Shown here in pieces: positions 26,930 through 34,853 of a stretch of 52,209 nucleotides of DNA (positions within the stretch are counted from its first letter, which is position 1; the number at the start of each line of letters is the position of its first letter). Source of the DNA: Gammaproteobacteria bacterium (GTDB lineage: Bacteria; Pseudomonadota; Gammaproteobacteria; JAUZRS01); NCBI GenBank assembly GCA_030950195.1, contig JAUZRS010000251.1:1-52209 (forward strand). The letters run 5' to 3'. The translations under genes were made by a program, and so were the position numbers. The notes beneath the pieces were generated by a model. The model saw nothing but the letters and a program-made list of their open reading frames with translations. It was not told where the DNA came from and did not search any database.

Positions 26930-28578
26930 AAAACCAACTCCAACTGAGAAAGGGGCAAGTAATCCGCCTGCAACAGAGCCGCCACTTCACGACAGCGCCC
27001 GCGCTTGACCGCCGCCACTTCGCTGTCGATCACCACGGTACGTCCAGACAAACGCACCGACGGCAAACACTGCCGACTGCGACCGTCACTGATTAAATAA
27101 TTCACCAACTGCAACTCCGGTTCCATCTGCAACCAGCGTTGAGTGCGACCCTGCAGGTAACTCAAGGCCTCGCGCAGCGGCGTACCTCCGGCAGCGGTCA
27201 AGCCATCCAGAAACGGCAATGGATTTTTGGGTGCGCGCTGGCGTGGCAACAGCTCTGTCACCTCTTGATTACCAAAACCGATCACCAACACCTGCTGACG
27301 CGCCAAATAGGCCTGCCGAGCAATGCCCGCCACCACCCCTTTGGCTTGAGCAAACGCCGACTCGCCCAACGTAGAGGCGGAACGATCCAGCAGCACCACA
27401 TGCAGCCGTTGTGGACGTTGACGCGCCCGCTGAAAAGCCAAACTCTGCCACGGCCAGATGCCACGATTGGCAACAACGGTGGCAAACCAACTCGGTTTGC
27501 TGTGCGTTTTCTGACTGCGTTTGCCTTGCGGCGCAAGGTTCGCAGATTTGGGCAACTCGGGCAGATTCACGCGACGCACAGCGGCGCTGGGCTGTGACTG
27601 TTCGCGTGCCATGCTGCCCCAATCTCCCGCCGCTTCGGTCTGTTTATCCGCCTGATTTTGCTCTGGCGGACGGCTAAAGGGAGGCGGTTCAGACGGCGCT
27701 GAAGGGGGTTCAGGTGGCGTTTTACGTCGATGCAGCAGCACCAACTCTTGCACCGCTTCCAGATCCGCCAAAGTCACTTCCACACGCCCCTGCCAAGCGG
27801 CGTGGCTTTTGGCCGCTCGACACCAGACAATATCGGCGCGCAACCCCTCCACCTGCGCCGCTGTGCAGCGTTCGGCAATGATTTCACGATGCTGTTCAGC
27901 GCACTGCACCGACGACAAACGCCGCCGAGCGGCCAGAAGTTCATCGGCCAAAGCTTGTTGTTGAGCCTGATAAGCCTGACAAAAAGCCTTGGGGTCGTCG
28001 TCAAAACCCTCGCGCTGGCGCACGATCTCGATCCGTTCCGCACGGCTGTAGATTCCGCTCAAAGAAACCGCCAAACCAAACCGATCCTGAAACTGGCTGC
28101 GCAGTTCTCCCTCATCAGGGTTCATCGTCCCCACCAGCAAAAACCGTGCGTCGTGTTGATGGCTGATGCCGTCCCGCTCAATGCAATTGATGCCGCTGGC
28201 GCTCACGTCCAGTAGTTGATCCACCAAATGATCGGCAAGCAGATTGACCTCATCCACATAAAGCACCCCCCGATGGGCGTGCTGCAACAGTCCGGGCTGA
28301 AATTCAACCTGCTGCTGATCCAGCACCCGTTGCAGATCCAGAGTGCCGATCAGCGCCTCTTCGCTGCACCCCAAAGGTAGGTTGATAAACGCACCCTCGG
28401 GCAACAGCTCCGCCAAACTGCGCGCCAAGGTGGATTTAGCCGCCCCTCGCGGACCGCTGATGCAGAGCCCGCCCAGACGCGGGTCGATGGCCAGCAGCAG
28501 CAAGGCGATTTTCACCGCCTGCTGCCCCACCACCGCTGAAAAAGGAAAATAACTCACAAAAAAAACCGCCGACCACAT
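26926..28578 (-). CDS. ChlI/ChlD(BchD)-like fused chelatase subunit: AAA+ module, Pro-rich linker, vWA domain
   Basis: FPFSAVVGQQAVKIALLLLAIDPRLGG, Walker A GPRGAAKST and Walker B LYVDEVNLL. Linker PPEPPSAPSEPPPFSRPPE. The C-terminal vWA domain begins VVLLDRSAS. ATG 28578 is preferred because the track start at 28611 translates a palindromic repeat. Confidence 0.8.
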   Translation of the reverse strand: MWSAVFFVSYFPFSAVVGQQAVKIALLLLAIDPRLGGLCISGPRGAAKSTLARSLAELLPEGAFINLPLGCSEEALIGTLDLQRVLDQQQVEFQPGLLQHAHRGVLYVDEVNLLADHLVDQLLDVSASGINCIERDGISHQHDARFLLVGTMNPDEGELRSQFQDRFGLAVSLSGIYSRAERIEIVRQREGFDDDPKAFCQAYQAQQQALADELLAARRRLSSVQCAEQHREIIAERCTAAQVEGLRADIVWCRAAKSHAAWQGRVEVTLADLEAVQELVLLHRRKTPPEPPSAPSEPPPFSRPPEQNQADKQTEAAGDWGSMAREQSQPSAAVRRVNLPELPKSANLAPQGKRSQKTHSKPSWFATVVANRGIWPWQSLAFQRARQRPQRLHVVLLDRSASTLGESAFAQAKGVVAGIARQAYLARQQVLVIGFGNQEVTELLPRQRAPKNPLPFLDGLTAAGGTPLREALSYLQGRTQRWLQMEPELQLVNYLISDGRSRQCLPSVRLSGRTVVIDSEVAAVKRGRCREVAALLQADYLPLSQLELVL

Positions 28579-28584
28579 TTGCTC

Positions 28585-28610
28585 GTCATTCCCGTGAATA
28601 CGGGAATCCA
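28585..28610. repeat. ATTCCC-N8-GGGAAT palindromic repeat, third copy
   Basis: GTCATTCCCGTGAATACGGGAATCCA has the same flanks (GTC...CCA) as the 21.6-kb copies. Confidence 0.75.
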
Positions 28611-28636
28611 TTGCTTACACGACAACAAGCTAAAAC

Positions 28637-29368
28637 TCACTGCGAAGCTTCAGTAGAGAACGTTAAACCACGGCGCAAGCCCCACGCAGCGAGCAACCCC
28701 AGCGCCAACCAGAAGAGCAGATTGGCCACGCCTGCCGAAAGCACAAACTGATGATGCAGCTCAACCAAGGAAGCCACGGCAGCGGGATCGGGGTGAATAA
28801 ATTCGGGGCCATTGAGCTGTGGCGCGCCAATTAAATGCGGCAACAGCAGCAACACAACACCCAAGGCTTTAAAAGGCAGCTGAGCAAAAAAGAGCAGGTA
28901 AAAACCCGCTCCGCTGGCCAGCACCGTCAGCAACCACCACGTTTGGCGCGACTCCAAGGCCGCCGCTTGGGTACCTGGAATTTCCGGCAACAGCCCCAAA
29001 CTGGGCGCAGCGAAGAAGGTCAAAAAACCCACCAAACCCCAGAGCAGCCCTGTGCCCAAACTGAACGGCGCACTGTTTTTAAGCTGCATGTAAGCCATCA
29101 GAGCCAGCAACATGGCTGCAAAACCAATCGCCGCCAACACATTGGAAAGCAGACTGTACAGCGTCCGCTCCACACCTTCTGCCGGTGCCCACGCTTCATC
29201 GCCATGAGAATGCGCACCGTGATGATGATCATGACCGGCCTCGGCCTGTTCAAATTGCTCAGCAGCAATGATAATCGGGGTCACTTGCCACTGCTGCACA
29301 GCGGTTAAAAAGAAACCGCTCAACAAACCCACAAACAGCGATAACAGAATCAATCGACGAAACAGCAT
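28637..29368 (-). CDS. cbtA: CbtA, cobalt transporter subunit
   Basis: Membrane protein with a His-rich loop GHDHHHGAHSHGDE. Lies downstream of cbtB and a cobalamin riboswitch. Confidence 0.8.
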   Translation of the reverse strand: MLFRRLILLSLFVGLLSGFFLTAVQQWQVTPIIIAAEQFEQAEAGHDHHHGAHSHGDEAWAPAEGVERTLYSLLSNVLAAIGFAAMLLALMAYMQLKNSAPFSLGTGLLWGLVGFLTFFAAPSLGLLPEIPGTQAAALESRQTWWLLTVLASGAGFYLLFFAQLPFKALGVVLLLLPHLIGAPQLNGPEFIHPDPAAVASLVELHHQFVLSAGVANLLFWLALGLLAAWGLRRGLTFSTEASQ

Positions 29369-29455
29369 CGTCCTCTCCTCACATTAGAAAGACGTTTTAA
29401 GAGCAAATCCCAAGACCCACCACCACAAAAAACCCAAACGACCAGAGCTTTTATT

Positions 29456-29496
29456 CCCCTCTTTGGAGGGGTGGCAGGCGAAGCCTGACGGGGTGG
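29456..29496. repeat. REP-like element in the cbtB-cbtA spacer
   Basis: Hairpin CCCCTC-tttg-GAGGGG (29456-29471), followed by TGGCAGGCGAAGCCTGACGGGGTGG. It sits in an unusually long 146-nt gap between two genes that are normally adjacent. Confidence 0.45.
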
Positions 29497-29514
29497 TTCT
29501 TGTTCAATGCGAAA

Positions 29515-29694
29515 TCAGTGACAGGGAAAGGTGACGCTGTGACGGGTGTCATGAGCGGCGTTATGCACCGCTTCGGTGGGCAAAAACCCCACCAGCAGCA
29601 TCATAACAGCGCCAAACAGAAAGCTGCCCAACAGGGCGACTTTGGCTTGGTCCAGCTCAAGAGGAGCGGCATTAGAGAGTGTGTTGTTTGACAT
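29515..29694 (-). CDS. cbtB: CbtB, small cobalt transporter subunit (59 aa, below the ORF-track cutoff)
   Basis: Minus-strand translation is MSNNTLSNAAPLELDQAKVALLGSFLFGAVMMLLVGFLPTEAVHNAAHDTRHSVTFPCH. It ends with the characteristic HNAAHDxRH...FPCH motif and has a GAGG RBS. Confidence 0.8.
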   Translation of the reverse strand: MSNNTLSNAAPLELDQAKVALLGSFLFGAVMMLLVGFLPTEAVHNAAHDTRHSVTFPCH

Positions 29695-29852
29695 AATAAC
29701 CTCGGGGCACCAGCCGTGCCGTAAATGAATGAAGTCTGAGCAGAGGCCGGTCTCCGGACTTGGGTGAAGACCCTTTACCGTTGCGGTGGCAGTGTTAGAG
29801 TCGCACTAAGCTTCCCGATTATCCCAACGCCACTGCGTCAGGCACCTCTTAA
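29695..29852 (-). promoter_or_regulatory. Cobalamin (B12) riboswitch controlling cbtB-cbtA-chelatase-cobO
   Basis: Minus strand shows GGTGCC...AATCGGGAAGCTTAGTGCGACTCTAACACTGCCACCGCAACGGTAAAGGG and the B12 box AAGTCCGGAGACCGGCC. P1 pairs AGAGGTGCC with GGCCTCT. A hairpin GGCAC-ggctg-GTGCC sits just before the GAGG RBS. Confidence 0.85.
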
Positions 29853-29879
29853 CAGCAGAGTATGATACCGAAGTTTGAC

Positions 29880-29911
29880 GTTTCAATCCACGCACCCGCG
29901 TGAGGTGCGAC
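29880..29911 (-). CRISPR. Solitary type I-C CRISPR repeat (array with no spacer)
   Basis: Minus strand reads GTCGCACCTCACGCGGGTGCGTGGATTGAAAC: 32 nt with GTCGC at the 5' end, an internal hairpin and an ATTGAAAC 3' end, as in canonical I-C repeats. It lies 177 nt downstream of cas2. No second copy was seen. Confidence 0.8.
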
Positions 29912-30088
29912 CGCCCGATTCTAATACACTAATTTTTAAAGAACAATTGGTAGATCTGCGCTAACCAGCACCACGAAGAGGTCGAAAATAAAAAAATCAG
30001 CAGTCTAAAGTATTATTTACATTAAAAACAATGGCTTAAAAACCCGCTAACCTCCCTAGGGTAAAATGAGAGCCAGAGGTTAGCGCAC
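29912..30088 (-). other. CRISPR leader region
   Basis: A/T-rich non-coding stretch between the cas2 stop and the repeat. Contains the hairpin CGCTAACCTC-21 nt-GAGGTTAGCG (30045-30085) directly after cas2. Confidence 0.6.
29918..29946 (-). promoter_or_regulatory. Candidate sigma70 promoter in the CRISPR leader
   Basis: Minus strand TTGTTC (29946-29941), a 17-nt A/T-rich spacer, then TAGAAT (29923-29918). The predicted start is at about the first base of the repeat. Confidence 0.4.
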
Positions 30089-30382
30089 TCAAAGAATCAA
30101 ACTGTCTCGCAAAGCATCAGGAACTGGCTTCGCTCCAACATGTTCGACTTTTTTCCTGCCTTGTTTACCCAAAAAATAAAAACGCAAACTGTCCTTTTTT
30201 GGATCAAAAATAGCCGTCAACTTAGCCTTAAGAACAACAAATTGAGCCGGTGTGACTTCACATTCAAACACCGAGTTTTGCACTCGCATCCCGTAATCAA
30301 GACAGGTTTTTGCGATGTTACGCAAACGTTTTGTCCCACCGTCAGACACAACACTCACATCATATGTAATCAGTACCAACAT
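30089..30382 (-). CDS. cas2: Cas2
   Basis: MLVLITYDVSVVSDGGTKRLRNIAKTCLDYGMRVQNSVFEC... is the classic Cas2 N terminus. The ATG at 30382 lies 1 nt after the cas1 stop. The track N-terminal extension overlaps cas1. Confidence 0.9.
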   Translation of the reverse strand: MLVLITYDVSVVSDGGTKRLRNIAKTCLDYGMRVQNSVFECEVTPAQFVVLKAKLTAIFDPKKDSLRFYFLGKQGRKKVEHVGAKPVPDALRDSLIL

Positions 30383-30383
30383 C

Positions 30384-31400
30384 TTATTTAACCCAGTAAG
30401 GTGGATAGTATTCGAGATCGCCCCGAATGTGCCGTGCCAGCAACAACGCCTGACAATGAGGCAATAAGCCAATGGCCACCGACTCACCCAGATAAGGATG
30501 AGTCACCTCTGTCTGTTTACGTTCTTGCCATGCAGACAACACCGTCTTTCTTGCGTCATCTGTCAAACGCACAGCACCACTGGCTTCGGTCACAAAATCC
30601 GTCAATTGGATTTGGCGGCGATTGATCAATGTCAATACAAAACGATCAGCCCAAAACGCTCGAAACTCCTCCAGCAAATCCAGCGCAAGACTGACACGAC
30701 CAGGACGGTCTTTATGCAAAAACCCCACATACGGATCAAGCCCCACCCCTTGCAAAGCAGAAGAGCACTCATGAGTAATGAGCGTGTACGCAAAAGAGAG
30801 CAGCGCATTAACCGGATCCAGAGGAGGGCGACGAACGCGACCACTAAACACAAAACCTTTACCGCGAATCAGTTCATTAAACGCCCCAAAATAACTGCGC
30901 GCGGCATCGCCCTCCATCCCCATGACCTCTTCCACCGATTTGGCCTGCTTTACTCGACGCAAACTAACAGACAACTTTTCTGCCGCACCTCGCAACACAG
31001 AATTATCACCATGATTACGCAACTCCCTCATCAACACCGAGCGGCTATTGGCCACCTTAGCTGCCACCATCAAACGCGCAATCGAGGTGCATTTTTCATC
31101 TTCATCCGCCCAACGATATTGGCCACGTCGCAACAACACGTTGCCTGTTTGCGGCCCCTGAACTCGTGCTAGAAACTTGCCATATTCGCTATAAAACGTC
31201 AGCCCGATCCCCTTTTCACCACAGTAACCCATCAGAAAAGGAGAGACTGAAACCTGACCAAAACAGAGAATATTGCCAATCGTTAACGCCGGAAACTGCC
31301 CCAGCTTTTCATCCCCATTCTTAATAACAATGGTCTCTCGCTCTTTATGGAGATAACTTTTTTGGCGCGTAATATAAAGGCTGTTCAGCAATTTTTTCAT
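30384..31400 (-). CDS. cas1: Cas1 (type I-C)
   Basis: 338 aa. MKKLLNSLYITRQKSYLHKERETIVI start and conserved FGFxGR-like and EEFR regions. Lies between cas4 and cas2. Confidence 0.9.
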   Translation of the reverse strand: MKKLLNSLYITRQKSYLHKERETIVIKNGDEKLGQFPALTIGNILCFGQVSVSPFLMGYCGEKGIGLTFYSEYGKFLARVQGPQTGNVLLRRGQYRWADEDEKCTSIARLMVAAKVANSRSVLMRELRNHGDNSVLRGAAEKLSVSLRRVKQAKSVEEVMGMEGDAARSYFGAFNELIRGKGFVFSGRVRRPPLDPVNALLSFAYTLITHECSSALQGVGLDPYVGFLHKDRPGRVSLALDLLEEFRAFWADRFVLTLINRRQIQLTDFVTEASGAVRLTDDARKTVLSAWQERKQTEVTHPYLGESVAIGLLPHCQALLLARHIRGDLEYYPPYWVK

Positions 31401-32020
31401 TATTTAAATAACTCATCAATATAAGCGGCTGAATGATCACGACGAAACGTATCTGGTTCACACACATTCACCAAAGAGCAGGCTCTACACCGCTTTTTAT
31501 CTTTAATCGGCGCAGGGGTTTTGCCTAAATTCAGCAGTGTACGAGCCGCTTTAATCACCGCGATGGTGCTTTCTCTCAGTTCGGTGTTAATGCTGACCAG
31601 CTCTCGCTTACGCACCTCCCAGTACCAAAGAGCACCTTCGTTCACTGCCACGGAACGCATCTCTTCAAGACACAGTGCCTGCGCACAGAGCTGAATACGA
31701 TCCCAATCGTGTACTTTAGGCTTTCCCCGTTTGTACTCCACAGGAAAATAATGGAGTGGCTCACCCTCCTCGATCTCCAAAAGATCCATTTTTCCAGTGA
31801 GGCCGTATTGTTGCGAGTGCAGCAGCACACTGCGCTCGTATCTCTTTTCTCGCCGCTGCTCAGCAACCGTGCTGTCCACTCGCTCGTGCAACACCCGGCC
31901 TTCTGCGGTAAAGCGGTTTTCTTCCCACACTTGCTCAATATGAATCAAAGCAAATTGACGTGGACAGTAGGCATAATGTTGTAGGGCTGAGATGGCCAGA
32001 TGATCATCGTTCATCTTCAA
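31400..32020 (-). CDS. cas4: Cas4 (RecB-like exonuclease with Fe-S cluster)
   Basis: 206 aa. YAYCPRQF N-terminal Cys plus C-terminal CRACSLVNVC cluster. Overlaps cas1 and cas7 at both junctions. Confidence 0.9.
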   Translation of the reverse strand: MKMNDDHLAISALQHYAYCPRQFALIHIEQVWEENRFTAEGRVLHERVDSTVAEQRREKRYERSVLLHSQQYGLTGKMDLLEIEEGEPLHYFPVEYKRGKPKVHDWDRIQLCAQALCLEEMRSVAVNEGALWYWEVRKRELVSINTELRESTIAVIKAARTLLNLGKTPAPIKDKKRCRACSLVNVCEPDTFRRDHSAAYIDELFK

Positions 32021-32856
32021 AACCCATCAATTTCCTCTGGCTGTAAACCCTCCAAATTATCCAGCGTATAAGCTCCATCTGCCTTTACCGAAAGCGTCCG
32101 GTGAACCTTTGCAGATGAATATTGACCTGATTTACAGTTGTGTTTCCACCAAATCACTTTTTCAACCACCATACTGCCTTCTGGACGAGCAGAGGAAGAA
32201 TCACCCTCAAACAATTTGGGCAGTATCGTCTTTATTTTATCGGCATCCGCATCATCAAAGCCCGTTCGAACAGCCAATTGGGGCGACATTGCGCCAAACG
32301 TGACGTAAACGGCTTTATCAACACGGTGCTTCATGCCCATGGTATCTGAGCCTTTTTTAGTGCCATCGCCTTCACCGCTGACACTTTTGGTGATTTGTGT
32401 GCTGGTAATACTAACGGGTTCAACACTAAATGCAGATTGAATTGAAACCGGCCCCCGAATCGGAATAGAAACACCCTCTTTGTTTTCACCCTTAAAAGCA
32501 AACAGTTGTCCAAAACTGCGTACATCCATCCATTTTTCATTTGCTAGTCGTGCTGTTTCTACAGGCGTGGTCTTTTTTACATTAAACGCCTCTTTTCCTA
32601 AGCCATGCTCGCTCGACTCTGCACGTCTTTTTAAACTGGGCATACCATCGGTTTTTTTCTCATCCGACTGCACAAATATCGGCTCACCTGCATCTTGCAA
32701 GCGGTCTCGAATTTTTCGTTTGATGCAAACATCCGACACCTCACCAAAGCCATCGTAGTCGGTGCGAGGACGATTTCCGTTCAGTGGGTCACCGTTAGGA
32801 TTGGCATTTTTCACACTAAAAATCAGGGCGAAATCAATTTTATTTTCTAAGCTCAT
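32017..32856 (-). CDS. cas7: Cas7c (Csd2)
   Basis: MSLENKIDFALIFSVKNANPNGDPLNGNRPRTD... is the typical Csd2 N terminus. 279 aa. Confidence 0.9.
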   Translation of the reverse strand: MSLENKIDFALIFSVKNANPNGDPLNGNRPRTDYDGFGEVSDVCIKRKIRDRLQDAGEPIFVQSDEKKTDGMPSLKRRAESSEHGLGKEAFNVKKTTPVETARLANEKWMDVRSFGQLFAFKGENKEGVSIPIRGPVSIQSAFSVEPVSITSTQITKSVSGEGDGTKKGSDTMGMKHRVDKAVYVTFGAMSPQLAVRTGFDDADADKIKTILPKLFEGDSSSARPEGSMVVEKVIWWKHNCKSGQYSSAKVHRTLSVKADGAYTLDNLEGLQPEEIDGF

Positions 32857-34853
32857 TTGTTGTCTCCATCAGTTTGTAATTCGCTACTTTCATTTGTTTG
32901 TTTTTTATTGCGAAGCTCAAATCGTTGGGCGTGATACGCCAACAGAAACTCTCCACTTAAAGGTTTGTCACTCAAAAATTCACCTTCTTCGAATTTAACC
33001 ATAACCTCATCCAATAGAGTTTGGATGTTATGCAAAAATCCTGCTCGGTTATTTTTTAGCCGTTGAATATAGGGCAATAATGCCAGCTCGATGTTTCGCC
33101 AGGTTGATGAGGGTCGATCTGCAAATCGTTGCATTAATCTGGCCGCCGTGGTGGAGCGATTTTCTCCAGCCACATAAAGTGACACACCTTCAATTCTTTC
33201 TGCAATCGCCAGCAAGCGACCATATAAATAATCTCGTGACGTATTGTCTTGCTCTAATCCCACGGTATATTCCTTATTCTGTTTTGGATCTCGTTTACAA
33301 AAGCCTCGGTACAAAGCACAGGCTATTCCTAAGTGTTTTTCCCACAACCACTGTTCATCCGTTTTATAGGCACTTCGATTACTGGCACGGCGCACCGCTT
33401 TTTCAACCAAATCTTGTGGGAATGGACGCGCTTCAACAATACAGGGTAAAACACGCTCAATGGTATTTTTCTTCAGTGAATCACTTACCGTGCTGCCATA
33501 AATAGCCTCCCAGATTGCCCGAGGGGATGGCGCACAAACAGGCCATACTGTCTTTGACATTGGTTTTTTCTTGCCAACATCTTTTTCAACTTTATGGCGT
33601 TGATACCAAGCAAACTCGTTATGCCATTTTGAGACACGCTCAATGTAGTCATCAGAAAAAAATTCTTGGTAATAGGTAATCGCCATGCGACCAGGGGTTG
33701 CAGAATCAAGCCCCATGATGATGATGCTGTCTGTAGCCTGTAATTTGACCTGATAACCGGCCATGTACTTTCCCAGAGCAATGGAAAATTGCTGCCCCAA
33801 GTTTTTTGCATGATCAATCTGGTTTTCAAGCAGCGGTAGCGGAAGAGAAACCTCTTGTATCTCTTCTGGCATGGCATCCCAAAGGTCTTCCATTGGTTCG
33901 GGTATCTCCTCACCTGATACAGCCCAAGCGATAATAGCTTGATCCCCATTTCGGAACCCTTGCCGAGAAATCAACCACCGCAAAGCATTGTGAGCTTTTT
34001 GCGTTACATCAAAAGAAACTCCAACCGATTGCGTACCCTGCTTTTCTATTGTGTTCTTAGTATCCGTAAACCGACCTCTAAAGGTATAACCCGATTTGTC
34101 ATTTGATGAAATCAGTTTTGCTTTATCACCTGTATGTCGCAATTTAGCAGGATGGTTAACGGCCAACGGTACATTCTTGCCTGTGATATAACACAACCCT
34201 ATCTGCCCCTTACTTTCTGACTCATAGTTTACCCATGCACGTTGCAAACTAGAATCCTCCCAACTGTTGCTCACAGCCTCACCTGGAACCTCAATGCTCC
34301 AACAAACCAATGCATTACCTTGATCCAAGATGCCTTTTTCTTTCGGTAACACTTTGAATATTTTTGGAGCCTCACACTCACCACTTTTTGGCCAAGACAA
34401 CAACAATGAATGCTCTTCATCAGTAAACAGAACCTTACTTTCAAGCAAATCTTTTACAACACACCCTTTTTCAACATACAATTTTACCGCCCTTGCTTTG
34501 CAATGAGTGTATTTTGAGTTACACCATTTATCCAGCTGCTCAAGATACCCATTAAAGTAACCTTTCTTTTTACCACCATAATCTGGATAATCTTTAGCAA
34601 CGTATTGAATTTTATCGGCCAATGGATGAGGTGCTTCGCCACTGCTTCTACCCGCTGACTTTTCAGTTGCAGGCAGTACCACTTGTGTTTTTTCTAAAAC
34701 CTCAGCCCGCCTAAAATTACCTTCAACATCAAGGGTTATTTTGATATGTGCATTTTGCAAGGTATGACTAATCGGCATCAACTGGTCTGAGTCAGGCAGA
34801 TCAAGCTGCATACCTGCTTCGTAAGTCTCATACAACTTTGCCATCCAGCTCAT
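32853..34853 (-). CDS. cas8c: Cas8c (Csd1), large subunit
   Basis: 666-aa ORF between cas5c and cas7c with 4-nt overlaps on both sides. MSWMAKLYETYE start is typical of Csd1. Confidence 0.85.
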   Translation of the reverse strand: MSWMAKLYETYEAGMQLDLPDSDQLMPISHTLQNAHIKITLDVEGNFRRAEVLEKTQVVLPATEKSAGRSSGEAPHPLADKIQYVAKDYPDYGGKKKGYFNGYLEQLDKWCNSKYTHCKARAVKLYVEKGCVVKDLLESKVLFTDEEHSLLLSWPKSGECEAPKIFKVLPKEKGILDQGNALVCWSIEVPGEAVSNSWEDSSLQRAWVNYESESKGQIGLCYITGKNVPLAVNHPAKLRHTGDKAKLISSNDKSGYTFRGRFTDTKNTIEKQGTQSVGVSFDVTQKAHNALRWLISRQGFRNGDQAIIAWAVSGEEIPEPMEDLWDAMPEEIQEVSLPLPLLENQIDHAKNLGQQFSIALGKYMAGYQVKLQATDSIIIMGLDSATPGRMAITYYQEFFSDDYIERVSKWHNEFAWYQRHKVEKDVGKKKPMSKTVWPVCAPSPRAIWEAIYGSTVSDSLKKNTIERVLPCIVEARPFPQDLVEKAVRRASNRSAYKTDEQWLWEKHLGIACALYRGFCKRDPKQNKEYTVGLEQDNTSRDYLYGRLLAIAERIEGVSLYVAGENRSTTAARLMQRFADRPSSTWRNIELALLPYIQRLKNNRAGFLHNIQTLLDEVMVKFEEGEFLSDKPLSGEFLLAYHAQRFELRNKKQTNESSELQTDGDNK

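Noticed and set aside
29500-29691. Plus-strand 63-aa ORF from the track.
   Set aside because: The opposite strand encodes a 59-aa protein with the diagnostic CbtB C-terminal motif, an RBS and a riboswitch upstream. The plus-strand ORF is its shadow.
29814-29845. A possible degenerate second CRISPR repeat. It lies exactly 34 nt, a typical I-C spacer length, downstream of the solitary repeat. The minus strand reads GTGCCTGACGCAGTGGCGTTGGGATAATCGGG.
   Set aside because: The similarity to the repeat needs about eight indels for roughly two-thirds identity. The segment is also the conserved P1/P2 region of the cobalamin riboswitch (GGTGCC...AATCGGGAAGC), which explains the sequence better. It was treated as coincidence, though a proper pairwise alignment could revisit this.
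30383-30487. 35-codon N-terminal extension of the cas2 ORF.
   Set aside because: It lies entirely inside cas1 in another frame. The canonical Cas2 N terminus MLVLITYDV starts at 30382.
32853-34853. An internal start for a Cas11c small subunit inside cas8c. In type I-C systems, Cas11c is known to be produced by internal translation.
   Set aside because: I could not identify a convincing internal RBS plus start codon at the expected distance from the 3' end by eye, so no separate feature is claimed.
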